A program made the position numbers and the translations under genes. 62,068 nucleotides of DNA, taken from NCBI GenBank assembly GCA_002070735.1, contig MWDX01000014.1, forward strand, positions 1-62,068, in the 5' to 3' direction. Below, in pieces: positions 31,686-41,399 of this stretch. The notes beneath the pieces were generated by a model. It was not told the DNA's origin, ran no database searches, and saw only the letters and a program-made list of their open reading frames with translations. The DNA is from Parcubacteria group bacterium ADurb.Bin115. Its GTDB lineage: Bacteria; Patescibacteriota; Patescibacteriia; Patescibacteriales; UBA12465. Numbering within the stretch: the stretch's first letter is position 1; every line of letters starts with the position of its first letter.

Positions 31686-33614
31686 TTATCGGCGATACTC
31701 GAACAGATAATTTTCTCCTTGTTCGATTTTTTCCCAGTAGTCGGCGCTCATTTTAGCTTCGGCGATAATTTTGTCGCTCGCCCACCAGTATTTATTGATA
31801 ATCAGGTAAGCTCTATTAACATCAGCAAAATCCATGGCCGCCAACATATTTTGGCGGTTAGCTTTTTTATATACCATATTTAAATAATATTGGTATAAAG
31901 GACCGCCGGTAGGGATGGGATAGAAATATATTTCTTGTCCTTCTTTTTTTATATAGCGATGATGGAAACCGAATTCATGCAGAGCGGCGGCGCTTACTTG
32001 CTGATTGGCTAGGGCAATATATTTTTCTCCCTGAGCTCGTTCTTCCGCTCTTTGCACAGATTTAATATCGGCGGCGCTGGTTGAATAGCCGCGGGAATTA
32101 TAATAGTTATCGAAGCGAGGATAGGAAGCATAAACGGACACGGTCATCATTAAGGCTAAGCCGATAGCAGCTATTATTTTAAAGCTTTTTTCCATTTTTA
32201 AAGCTTGTTGGCTTAAGTATCTAAACAATTCATAAAAAAGAGGCAGAGCGATAATGAGGGCAATAATGGGTAATCGCGATGCATAATTTTCTTGTTCGTA
32301 GGCGATTAAATTATTGAAGGTAAAACCGCGGCTGATTAAATAGGCGGTAATAGCGGCTAAGGAGGCAGAACTCAGGAGGCGGATATTATTTTCCGTTTTC
32401 AGTTGTTCTTCTGGCCAAATTTGTCGGCGTTTAAAAATTATAATTACCACCATTCCCAAGATTAGCCAGAAATAATTATTGATGAAAAAATAGCCGAGGT
32501 TAAGCCAATAATTTTCACTGTTTTTAAAGACAGGATTTAAGAGGCTGAGATTAAAATTTTGCCATGATAAAGAACCGAAGCCGGCAACTGCCCAGAGGGA
32601 AAAACAGAAAGCCAGCAGAGCGACTCCAAAGATTATTATTGGATTTTTAAAAAAACGACTTATTTTCAGCCGTGGCCAGCGTTTTTGGATAATGAACCAG
32701 CCGGCGGCTAAAATGGCGGGGATGCCGGCCAAAGGATGAACGGCCAAAGTGGCCAAGGCGGTGCTGATTATCAAGGCTTCGTTTTTTTGTCGGTAAATGA
32801 AAATAATTGTGGCCAATAACAACAGATAGCTGAAGTTTTGCGGTGTGCTCAGAATAAAAGGGGAAAAGCCGAGGAGAGTCAACAATATTATGGCCAACCA
32901 AGCTTCCGGTCGGGAAGATTTTTGCCGGAGCTGGCCTAAAATCCAGGGTAGGGATAAAGCGCTTACAAGCGGCAGGAAATATTGGTTGATAAGAGCTAAA
33001 CTGAGGCCGCTGATTTTATAAAGGGCGATAATCAAGCCATATTGTCCGATATAGTAGGGCGTCTTCGGTAAAATAAAGCCGATACGATTTATTTCAGCCA
33101 TTGCCGCTTGATGAATAAAGGGATCGAAGCCGTAGCCGAGGCGATAGACGATGGCGGCCACAGAAAAAATTTCCAGATAATATAGTCCCAGCAGAATATT
33201 TTTGAACAAACTTTTGGCTGTTTGGCTTAAAGCGCCAATTAGAGATAGATTAGCGGCAAAGAGGACAACAAAAAACCAAGGATTGATGACCGTCCAGGGA
33301 GAAATTATCGCTTTATCAGTCGCGTTCCCGGCGGCCATAATTACCATGATTATAATCATGGTAAGCGTCATTAAAGAGAAGAACCAAAAATACTTTGAAT
33401 TTTTAATGGAGACTTTAGTTGATATTTGCTCTTTAATTTGTTTCTTCCAGACCGCATAAATAATAGTGGCAATCAAAAAGGCGGCAATCAGGCCGATAAT
33501 ATCTAAAGCATGGAGAAAATAAACTAAAGCGACGCTACTGGTAAACAGCATTAACCAGAGCCAAAGACTATCAAAAGTAAGGGAAAATTTAAATTTTAGC
33601 ATATAATATATCAT
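31686..33614 (-). CDS. Large polytopic membrane protein (about 13 TM) with a C-terminal soluble domain; GT-C-like / unknown
   Basis: Continuous hydrophobic helices through aa about 500, then a soluble tail of about 140 aa. Contains YRLGYGFDPFIHQAAMAEI in an early loop. ATG at 33614 preferred over TTG at 33635. Confidence 0.5.
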   Translation of the reverse strand: MIYYMLKFKFSLTFDSLWLWLMLFTSSVALVYFLHALDIIGLIAAFLIATIIYAVWKKQIKEQISTKVSIKNSKYFWFFSLMTLTMIIIMVIMAAGNATDKAIISPWTVINPWFFVVLFAANLSLIGALSQTAKSLFKNILLGLYYLEIFSVAAIVYRLGYGFDPFIHQAAMAEINRIGFILPKTPYYIGQYGLIIALYKISGLSLALINQYFLPLVSALSLPWILGQLRQKSSRPEAWLAIILLTLLGFSPFILSTPQNFSYLLLLATIIFIYRQKNEALIISTALATLAVHPLAGIPAILAAGWFIIQKRWPRLKISRFFKNPIIIFGVALLAFCFSLWAVAGFGSLSWQNFNLSLLNPVFKNSENYWLNLGYFFINNYFWLILGMVVIIIFKRRQIWPEEQLKTENNIRLLSSASLAAITAYLISRGFTFNNLIAYEQENYASRLPIIALIIALPLFYELFRYLSQQALKMEKSFKIIAAIGLALMMTVSVYASYPRFDNYYNSRGYSTSAADIKSVQRAEERAQGEKYIALANQQVSAAALHEFGFHHRYIKKEGQEIYFYPIPTGGPLYQYYLNMVYKKANRQNMLAAMDFADVNRAYLIINKYWWASDKIIAEAKMSADYWEKIEQGENYLFEYRR

Positions 33615-33680
33615 AGCAGATTCTTGCTTATTCAAGCAATTTTGGCTACTATTAAAAAGAGGAGATTATGCCTTATTTTT

Positions 33681-35471
33681 ATGATTAAATTTCGCTTATT
33701 TAAGAATAATTTTGATTATTTTTTAGTATTTTTATTGGCATTCGTCTTTTTGGTGGCGACCGCTTGGTTTAATTATGCAACACAAAGTTCTGATTATGTA
33801 AAATTTTTATCGCCCGATGAAACTGCCAATTATTTTTTTGCCAAGCACTATGCCGAGACCGGCAGTATCGCCGTCTTTGAGCCGGCTAATTTAATCGCTG
33901 AGGAAATTGTCCATCCTCGGAGTATCAGGAGTGATAACGGCTGGCTTAAGCCCGTCAGTTTTTTGGGTATAATTTTAATTTATGGCCAGATAGCCTCTTG
34001 GTTGGGTACGGCGATAATTCCTTTTTTAACCCCACTTTTTGCCGCTTTTGGTATTATTTTTTTCTATGCTTTTGTGCGCAGACTGTTCGGTCGGCAGGTG
34101 GCTTTGATTTCCGCTTTTTTACTGGCTTCATTTCCTGTCTATTTTTTTTATTCGGCGCGAAGCATGTTTCATAATGTCTTGTTTCTGGTTTTTTTGTTGG
34201 CTGGCGCTTATTTTTTATTATTGAGCCTGCCGTCGCGGACAAGTGATAAGCGTAAATTTTGGACATGGCACTTGTCGGCTCAAGATTGTTTAACTTATAT
34301 TTTTTCTTTTTTAACCGGCCTAATGTTCGGCGGCGCGATTGGCACCCGTTCTTCGGAATTACTATGGCTGGGGCCGGTGCTTTTTATTGCTTGGCTTTTT
34401 TATGCCCGTCGTTTAGGGTTAACGAGATTAGTTTTAATGCTTGGTGGCTTAGTTTTAGCCTTGCTCCCGATATTCTATTGGAATCAGATTTTGTATGCTT
34501 CTCCTTTTTTTGGAGGCTATGGAGAAATGAACCGTTCTTTAACGGAAATTTCTCAAGTGGGCGGACAATTTTTACAATCCAGCGTGCGCGGAGATTTCAG
34601 CCATTACCGTTTAGCGGCGGCAACATTAATTGATAATGTTTTTTATTTCGGCTATCAACCCTACCAGTCTTTAAAGATGTTTTTCTACTATGTGTTAAAA
34701 ATGTTTCCCGCGTTATCGGCTTTTGCTTTTGCCGGTTTTTTAATTTTTATTTACAGAATAATCCGGCGACCGAATCGGGGTGCTTACTTATATCTTATTA
34801 CTTGGCTAGTTTTATCGTTAATTTTAGTTTTTTATTATGGCAGCTGGCATTTTAACGACAATCCTGATCCTAAAAGATTTACTATCGGTAATTCCTATAC
34901 GCGTTATTGGCTGCCGATGTATATTATGGCCATTCCCCTTGTGTCTTTGTTTGTTGTTTCTGTATCTAGATTTATTACTTCTATCTCCTGGCCGAGATTT
35001 GATTTTTCTTTAAAACGTCGTTGGCGTCGCTTTCTCGCTATCGGCTTATCGGCCCTGATTACCTGCTTTCTAATTTTTGTCAATTTAGAGTTTGTTTTTT
35101 TCGGCTCGGAAGAAGGCTTGGCGACTTTATATCACAATTATTTTGTTGATAAAACTAACGCGCAAGCTATTATCGGGTTGACTGAAGAGCGGGCGATTAT
35201 TGTCACCCAATATCACGACAAGCAGCTGTTTCCGCAAAGAAAGGTTGTTGTTTCTTTGCTTACCGACGCTGATGTTAATAAGAGCTTAGGCAAAATATTG
35301 CGCTTTTATCCGATTTATTACTATAATTTTACCTTTCCTAACAAGGATTTAAGCTATCTCAACGAACGGCGTCTACCCCAATTTGGCTTTATTATCAATC
35401 CGGTTGTTCATCGCGGTCAATTTACTTTGTATCGTTTAGATAAGATAGAACCCTTGGTAGAAAGTAAGTAG
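33681..35471 (+). CDS. GT-C fold glycosyltransferase (ArnT / PMT, GT39/GT83-like) membrane protein
   Basis: The first extracytoplasmic loop has FLSPDETANYFFAKHYAETGS, a DE motif as in ArnT/PMT enzymes. More than 10 TM helices. ATG at 33681 preferred. Confidence 0.6.
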   Translation: MIKFRLFKNNFDYFLVFLLAFVFLVATAWFNYATQSSDYVKFLSPDETANYFFAKHYAETGSIAVFEPANLIAEEIVHPRSIRSDNGWLKPVSFLGIILIYGQIASWLGTAIIPFLTPLFAAFGIIFFYAFVRRLFGRQVALISAFLLASFPVYFFYSARSMFHNVLFLVFLLAGAYFLLLSLPSRTSDKRKFWTWHLSAQDCLTYIFSFLTGLMFGGAIGTRSSELLWLGPVLFIAWLFYARRLGLTRLVLMLGGLVLALLPIFYWNQILYASPFFGGYGEMNRSLTEISQVGGQFLQSSVRGDFSHYRLAAATLIDNVFYFGYQPYQSLKMFFYYVLKMFPALSAFAFAGFLIFIYRIIRRPNRGAYLYLITWLVLSLILVFYYGSWHFNDNPDPKRFTIGNSYTRYWLPMYIMAIPLVSLFVVSVSRFITSISWPRFDFSLKRRWRRFLAIGLSALITCFLIFVNLEFVFFGSEEGLATLYHNYFVDKTNAQAIIGLTEERAIIVTQYHDKQLFPQRKVVVSLLTDADVNKSLGKILRFYPIYYYNFTFPNKDLSYLNERRLPQFGFIINPVVHRGQFTLYRLDKIEPLVESK

Positions 35472-35484
35472 TTAAATTATATTT

Positions 35485-36786
35485 ATGCAATATCATCTTA
35501 TCACTATTGGCTGTCAGATGAATAAAGCGGACAGCGAACGTATTGCTTCTTTTTTGGAGAAGCGTGGCTATGTTGCCTCCTCTTCTTGGTTGGGCGTCGA
35601 TTTGGTTGTTCTCACCACCTGTGGCGTCCGCCAGTCGGCCGAAGATAGAGTTTACGGCCTGGTTAATCGTATCCGTCAGGGTAATCCCAAAGCGGCCGTA
35701 GTCATCACTGGTTGTTTGGCGCGTCGAGAAGATGTGAAACGGCGCCTGCGAGGCAAAGTTGATTTATTTATGCCCATTAATGAATTGCCTAATATTTTTG
35801 CTTTACTGAAAGATTCACACCGGCAATTAAGTCTAAGTACTGATGCCGTTCGTGAATTAAGCGGAGAAAAATATTTGACTATCATCCCTAAATATCAGAG
35901 TACTTTTACCGCCTATATACCCATCGGCAACGGCTGCAATAATTTTTGTTCATATTGCGTCGTTCCTTATGCCCGCGGTCGGGAAGTGTATCGTCCAGCG
36001 GCGGATGTTATCAAAGAAGCAAAGGCTTTGCTAAAAAGAGGATATAAAGAAATAATTTTAATTGCTCAGAATGTTAATAGCTATAGAAGCGGACGCACGA
36101 ATTTTCTTCAATTGTTATCCAAATTAGCGGCTTTGCCTGGGAATTTTTGGTTGCGTTTTTCTTCTAGCCATCCTAAAGATTTATCGCCAGAATTAATTAA
36201 AGTTTTAGCTTCTTCTGATAAAATTTGCCATCACTTGCATGTGGCTGTCCAGTCAGGTGATGATGAAATTTTAAAAGCGATGAATCGCCACTATACGGCC
36301 GCTCATTTTTCTTCTTTAATAAAAAAAATTAGAAAAGCAAAACCAGGGATTGCCCTTACGACTGATGTGATTGTCGGTTTTCCCGGAGAAACAAAGAAAC
36401 AGTTTCAAAATTCCGTTAAATTATTTAAAAATTTGCAGTTTGATATGGCTTATATCGCCCAGTATAGCCCGCGGCCGGGAACGGCTTCTTGGTATATGAA
36501 AGATAATGTTAGCCGAGAAGAGAAACATCGGCGGGAGCAGATATTAACAGAAATTTTAAGAAAGAGTGGAAAGAAGGCTAACCGCGCTTATTGGCGCCGG
36601 ACGGTTATAGTTTTAGTAGAAGGAAAAAATAGGCGTGGCGGTTATTATGGTAAAACCTCAAGTTTCAAAACAGTTTCTTTTACAGCCCCGTCAGAGGTAA
36701 GGCCGGAAGATATTATTGGTAATTTTGTGTCGGTGAAAATTCAAAAGGTTCAAGATTTTGGTTTGGAAGGGGTTTTGAAAAAATAA
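35485..36786 (+). CDS. miaB: tRNA-i6A37 methylthiotransferase MiaB (radical SAM)
   Basis: UPF0004 N-terminal domain (TIGCQMNKADSE), CNNFCSYCVVPYARG and a C-terminal TRAM domain. Confidence 0.9.
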   Translation: MQYHLITIGCQMNKADSERIASFLEKRGYVASSSWLGVDLVVLTTCGVRQSAEDRVYGLVNRIRQGNPKAAVVITGCLARREDVKRRLRGKVDLFMPINELPNIFALLKDSHRQLSLSTDAVRELSGEKYLTIIPKYQSTFTAYIPIGNGCNNFCSYCVVPYARGREVYRPAADVIKEAKALLKRGYKEIILIAQNVNSYRSGRTNFLQLLSKLAALPGNFWLRFSSSHPKDLSPELIKVLASSDKICHHLHVAVQSGDDEILKAMNRHYTAAHFSSLIKKIRKAKPGIALTTDVIVGFPGETKKQFQNSVKLFKNLQFDMAYIAQYSPRPGTASWYMKDNVSREEKHRREQILTEILRKSGKKANRAYWRRTVIVLVEGKNRRGGYYGKTSSFKTVSFTAPSEVRPEDIIGNFVSVKIQKVQDFGLEGVLKK

Positions 36787-36865
36787 AAAAGGCCTAAACG
36801 CAATCCCGGCGTCAGGTCTATAAAACAAAGCATATTTATCCTAGAAAAATAACCTAATTTATTAT

Positions 36866-37816
36866 ATGTCCCCAAAAGCAATCAATCTTAATAAGCCCAA
36901 GGTTTTGGTTTTGCTCGGACCAACCGCTGTCGGCAAAACGGCTTTAGGTGTGCGTTTAGCTTGGAAATATCAAGGCGAAATTGTATCAGCCGATAGTCGC
37001 CAGGTCTATCAAGGTATGGATATCGGTACCGGCAAGGATTTAGCGGAATATAAAGTCGGGCGCAAACATATCCCTTATCATTTAATTGATGTTATTTCTC
37101 CCAATACTGAATTTAACCTCGCTCAATATCAGAAACTAGCTTTAGAGGCAATATCAGATATTATTAATCGCGGCCAATTGCCGATTATTGTCGGCGGCAC
37201 CGGTCTATACTTACAGGCGCTGGTCGATAATTATGATTTAAGCAAAATTAGTCCCGATTTAGAAAAACGGCGGGAGCTTGAGGCCTTAACCAAAGATGAA
37301 TTGTTTGGCCGTTTAAAAAAATTGAAGCCGGAATTTGCGCTTAAGCTTAACAATAGCGATAAGAATAATCCGCGTCGCTTGGTTCGTTATTTGGAAATTG
37401 TAGAAAAAGATGGCGACCTAAGCAATAAACAGGATTCCCCTTATGATTTTTTAGTGCTAGGTTTAGACTTTCCCGACGATATTTTGCGAGAGCGGATTAA
37501 TAAAAGGATTAAGAATCGTTTAGAAAAGGAAGATATGCTTAGCGAAGTCGAACGCCTTCATAATAGCGGTGTTAGCTGGGAAAGATTAATATCCTTTGGT
37601 CTAGAATATAAATTTCTCAGCTATTACCTTTTAGGGCGGCTTGATTATGACGAGATGGTGCAGAAATTAGGCGACGCTTCCTATCGTTTCGCTAAACGCC
37701 AGAAGACTTGGTTTAAGCGCTGGGAAAGACAGGGAAGAAAGATTCATTGGCTGAGGGGGCAAAGCGAGGCGGAAGTATTAAGCGAGGCGGAAGTATTAAT
37801 TGATAATTATCTTTAA
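36866..37816 (+). CDS. miaA: tRNA dimethylallyltransferase MiaA
   Basis: LLGPTAVGKTALGVRLA, SADSRQVYQGMDIGTGK, IIVGGTGLY. Confidence 0.92.
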   Translation: MSPKAINLNKPKVLVLLGPTAVGKTALGVRLAWKYQGEIVSADSRQVYQGMDIGTGKDLAEYKVGRKHIPYHLIDVISPNTEFNLAQYQKLALEAISDIINRGQLPIIVGGTGLYLQALVDNYDLSKISPDLEKRRELEALTKDELFGRLKKLKPEFALKLNNSDKNNPRRLVRYLEIVEKDGDLSNKQDSPYDFLVLGLDFPDDILRERINKRIKNRLEKEDMLSEVERLHNSGVSWERLISFGLEYKFLSYYLLGRLDYDEMVQKLGDASYRFAKRQKTWFKRWERQGRKIHWLRGQSEAEVLSEAEVLIDNYL

Positions 37817-37855
37817 TTTTTTATAAAGTCAGGAAGGAGTTTATTAATTTTTTAG

Positions 37856-39364
37856 CTATTCGTTAAGAATTTTCTCTAATAAATCTTTAACTTTTTCCGG
37901 ATTAGCCTTACCTTTAGTTTCGGCCATAACTTTGCCGATGAAAAATTGGATAAGTGGCTTTTTACCTTTCTTGTATTCGGCTGCCTGCCGTGGATTTGAA
38001 TTGATTATTTTTTTAATAGCTGTTGTTAGCTCCTCCTCGCTATCTAACTGTTCGAGGCCAAGTTTCGTCATAATATCACTCGGGTCGCCGCCTTCCCAAT
38101 ATATGATTTTTAAGATTCTCTGACCGGCGTTGGAATTAATCTTATTTTGCCATATTAATGACATTAATTCGGCAAAATTTTCAGCTGTCATTTTTAAATC
38201 GGAGATAGCGCGTTTATCGGTATTCAGGTTTTTAAGCAGTTCGCTGTTAATCCAGTTAGCGACCATTTGGGCGGCATTTTTATCTTGCCTTTCAAAATCA
38301 TCACCATTAGCTTCAATCCAAGCACCCATTTCTGAAACAACGTTTTCGAAGAAAGAGGCCAATTCTTTGTCGTTGGCGATAATGGCAGCGCTTTCAGTTT
38401 TGAGACCATATTGTCGCTGAAAACGTTTTTGTTTGGCATCAGGCAGTTCCACTAAGTTTTGTTTTAGTTGGTTCAACCAGGCTTCATCGATGATAATTGG
38501 CGGAATGTCCGGTTCAGGAAAATAGCGATAATCGGCGGCTGTTTCTTTCTTTCTTTGGGCGACGGTCGCATTCTTTTTTTCATCCCAACCTCTGGTTTCG
38601 GGAATAATTTCTTCTTTATTATCTAACATCTCGCTTTGTCTGGTAATCTCATAATTAATTGCCTTTTCAACGGCTCGGAAAGAATTAATATTTTTGATTT
38701 CCACCTTAGCGTTGAGCTTTTTTTTGCCAGTGGCAACAATCAAGCCATTTTCGTAGACCCAAGTACCAGGTTTTTGTAAACTGACATTGGCTTCGCAGCG
38801 CATTTCGCCTTTTTCCATATCAGCGTTACTGACTTCCAAGAAGCGCAATACTCTTTGGTAGGCCTGACAGAAGTTTTTAGCTTCTTCGGCGTTTTTAATT
38901 ACCGGCGCGGTTACTAATTCTACCAAGGGCGTACCGGCGCGGTTGAAATCAATTAAAGTGTCTTTACTATTTTGGGGGTGAAATAATTTGCCGGTGTCTT
39001 CTTCCAGGTGGATACGGGTGATAGCGATGTCTTTGTTACCGATATCAAGTCTGCCTTGATAGCAGAAAGGTTGATCATATTGGGAAATTTGGTAGCCTTT
39101 AGGGAGATCGGGATAAAAATAATTTTTACGGTCGAATTTTGAATGGTAGTTAATTTGACAATTTAAAGCTAAGCCTATAAGCAAGGTCCAGTCTATTGCT
39201 TGTTTATTTGGTACGGGCAAAGTGCCAGGATGACCTAGACAAATCGGGCAGACAGTCGTATTTGGCGCTTTGCCATCGCTGTCATTAGAGCAAGAACAGA
39301 ACATCTTGCTTTTGGTTTTTAATTCGGCGTGGATTTCCATGCCGATAATAACGTCGTATTTCAT
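37856..39364 (-). CDS. gatB: Asp/Glu-tRNA amidotransferase subunit B
   Basis: YDVIIGMEIHAEL, CPICLGHPGTLP, NRAGTPLVE and a C-terminal GatB/YqeY domain. Confidence 0.95.
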   Translation of the reverse strand: MKYDVIIGMEIHAELKTKSKMFCSCSNDSDGKAPNTTVCPICLGHPGTLPVPNKQAIDWTLLIGLALNCQINYHSKFDRKNYFYPDLPKGYQISQYDQPFCYQGRLDIGNKDIAITRIHLEEDTGKLFHPQNSKDTLIDFNRAGTPLVELVTAPVIKNAEEAKNFCQAYQRVLRFLEVSNADMEKGEMRCEANVSLQKPGTWVYENGLIVATGKKKLNAKVEIKNINSFRAVEKAINYEITRQSEMLDNKEEIIPETRGWDEKKNATVAQRKKETAADYRYFPEPDIPPIIIDEAWLNQLKQNLVELPDAKQKRFQRQYGLKTESAAIIANDKELASFFENVVSEMGAWIEANGDDFERQDKNAAQMVANWINSELLKNLNTDKRAISDLKMTAENFAELMSLIWQNKINSNAGQRILKIIYWEGGDPSDIMTKLGLEQLDSEEELTTAIKKIINSNPRQAAEYKKGKKPLIQFFIGKVMAETKGKANPEKVKDLLEKILNE

Positions 39365-39420
39365 ATAACTCTATTTTAACGAAAAAATAGCATTTAGGAA
39401 AGAAGTCTTGGCTATTTATC

Positions 39421-39440
39421 AAAAAAGGCCTTTAAGGCCT
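39421..39440 (-). terminator. Terminator after the tmk-dut gene (minus strand)
   Basis: AGGCC TTTAA GGCCT palindrome, with a T run following on the minus strand (an A run on the plus strand at 39421-39426). Confidence 0.55.
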
Positions 39441-39443
39441 TTA

Positions 39444-40760
39444 TTAGAATAAACCGGTGCTACCAAAACCACCACCGCCACGTTGACTGTCGTCTTCTAT
39501 TTTACCTGCTTGAACATCCGGCAGTTCTATTTTTTGAATTAGGAGTTGGGCAATTTTTTGTCCGGCTTGAATATGGTAGATATCCTCGCTTAGATTTTTA
39601 AATATCACTTTTATCTCTCCGCGGTAGCGGGAATCAATAACGCCACCCATAGTGGTAAATCCCTGGCTGGCCAAGCCGCTTTTATCCCAAATTAGACCAA
39701 CGTAGCCGTCAGGTATGGCTAGACGAATGCCGGTGGGGATTAAATCTTGACCGTAAGGAGGGATGGAGCAGTCTTCGGCCGCAAAGAGATCAAGGCCGGC
39801 GTCGTAAGGATGAGCCCGTTCTGGCAATTTGGCTTCAGGAAGCAAGCGTTCAACCATCAATCGATTAATTCCTTTATCGGCGATAGCGGGACTCTCATCT
39901 TTGTCTGAATGAGCAGGCAGACCGAGGGTTGGGCTTTCTCCCAAAACACTGGCGGCAGCGCTAATGCTGAGGCGCGGTACGTCTATTAATTCCGGCAGAT
40001 TTGGCGTTAGTTTGCTTTTATTAATCAAAATATCGTTAAGTGCTTGTAAGTCCGGAGTTTTTGGGGTGGTTTGATCGGAGTTTAAAATTCTATTTACATA
40101 AAGCCAAATCAGATAATGAATATCTTCTCGTTTTAATATTTCTTGCTTGCGCGTGCATCTGATTAAGCGGAAATCGGGCATTTCTTGGGCAATTTCTAAA
40201 TAAGTCTGGGCGGCTTGGCGGAGGTGTTGGAGGTTATCTTCATGAATATCTTTTGTTTTTCCTTTCCAGTCTTCACGTCGGCGGTTGTGAGCCAGTTTTT
40301 GAGAGATCTCCGGTTCCATGTAAAGAATTAAATATAAATCGGGCTTGGGTATATTGAAGACTTTATATTCTATTTCGCTCAACCAGTTATAGAATAATTT
40401 TCTTTCCAGGGCATTTTTAATCTTATTTCCTTGGTGGGCAAAACTGGCGGAAATATAGCGGTTGCAGATAACAACCTTTCCTTGTTCTAGCCATTCTCTG
40501 ATTTTAAAGCTGGCGTCAAAACGGTCGACCGAATAAAAGAGAGAGGCGGCATAGGGGTTAACATCATTAGCTTCACCATATTTGCCTGATAAGTATTCTT
40601 CAACCATGCCGGCTGATTTAGTATTATATTGAGGAAAATCGGCTAACTCTACTTCATAGCCTTCATGATGAAGTCTATTCGCTAAAATTTGCAACTGGGT
40701 AGTTTTGCCCGTGCCGTCAGTGCCGTCAATCACAATAAATTTTCCTGAATAATTAGACAT
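39444..40760 (-). CDS. tmk: Fusion protein: thymidylate kinase (N-terminal) plus dUTP diphosphatase (C-terminal)
   Basis: N-terminal: FIVIDGTDGTGKTTQ P-loop and a Tmk fold to about aa 225. A linker of about 70 aa rich in P/S/L follows. C-terminal: dUTPase motifs AGLDL, GLIWDKSGLA, GVIDSRYRGEI and RGGGGFGSTG. Confidence 0.85.
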   Translation of the reverse strand: MSNYSGKFIVIDGTDGTGKTTQLQILANRLHHEGYEVELADFPQYNTKSAGMVEEYLSGKYGEANDVNPYAASLFYSVDRFDASFKIREWLEQGKVVICNRYISASFAHQGNKIKNALERKLFYNWLSEIEYKVFNIPKPDLYLILYMEPEISQKLAHNRRREDWKGKTKDIHEDNLQHLRQAAQTYLEIAQEMPDFRLIRCTRKQEILKREDIHYLIWLYVNRILNSDQTTPKTPDLQALNDILINKSKLTPNLPELIDVPRLSISAAASVLGESPTLGLPAHSDKDESPAIADKGINRLMVERLLPEAKLPERAHPYDAGLDLFAAEDCSIPPYGQDLIPTGIRLAIPDGYVGLIWDKSGLASQGFTTMGGVIDSRYRGEIKVIFKNLSEDIYHIQAGQKIAQLLIQKIELPDVQAGKIEDDSQRGGGGFGSTGLF

Positions 40761-40839
40761 AATTTTTTCCTATCTTTTGGGATAATAAAAGAGTGCTTTG
40801 GGTTAAAGCCTCAGCACTCCTCCTAATGCTGCGTCTTGT

Positions 40840-41394
40840 TTAATTTTGTATCTCTTCCAGTATTTTGTCAATCTGGGAATATAATTCTTCCAAAGTGCCG
40901 TTATTATCCAGATTGAAACTGGCGGCGGCCATTACTTCTGGAATTTGCAGTTCGGCTTCGCGCCGGTCGTCTTCTAAAAATTCCTCAAAAGTCTTGTCAG
41001 CGTCGCCAGCGTTTTCATTGCGTAATTTCATCCGTTCGTAGCGTATTTCCGGAGAGGCGTTGATGCTAATTAGATGGAAGTTGGACAACTCTGTTAAACG
41101 GCTGATATCGGCTAAACGTCTGACGCCGTCAATTACGACGATGTTATGCGGGTCATTTTTGACATCTTCGGCAATGACACGGGCTAAAATATCGCTACCA
41201 AAACGTTTGCGAAGATCAAACGAAAGATTTTGCATATTTTCCCTGGAAATCGGCAGATAGAGGCGGTTTAAGATGTCGCGTAAAGCTGTAGAAAAACGGG
41301 CGCTGCCAGCATTATATTTTTCGCTTATATATTTTTGACAGACCGCTTTGCCACTGGCTAATTTACCGACGAAGCCGAGAACTAGTTTAGGCAT
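40840..41394 (-). CDS. P-loop nucleoside/nucleotide kinase-like protein (dNMP kinase / dephospho-CoA kinase-like), specificity unknown
   Basis: Walker A GKLASGK at aa 10-16. Size of 184 aa. Embedded in the dTTP-synthesis operon. Confidence 0.5.
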   Translation of the reverse strand: MPKLVLGFVGKLASGKAVCQKYISEKYNAGSARFSTALRDILNRLYLPISRENMQNLSFDLRKRFGSDILARVIAEDVKNDPHNIVVIDGVRRLADISRLTELSNFHLISINASPEIRYERMKLRNENAGDADKTFEEFLEDDRREAELQIPEVMAAASFNLDNNGTLEELYSQIDKILEEIQN

Positions 41395-41399
41395 AAAAT

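Noticed and set aside
33615-33680. Apparent 12-nt overlap of the divergent 649-aa and 615-aa membrane-protein ORFs (track coordinates 33624-33635)
   Set aside because: It is caused by non-ATG upstream starts in the ORF track. Internal ATG codons at 33614 (minus) and 33681 (plus) give a normal divergent intergenic region.
40791-40819. GAGTGCT-N15-AGCACTC hairpin that looks like CIRCE half-sites
   Set aside because: The arms are in the opposite order to CIRCE (TTAGCACTC-N9-GAGTGCTAA), the spacer is 15 nt rather than 9, and the TTA/TAA ends are missing. It is more likely an intra-operon stem-loop or terminator.
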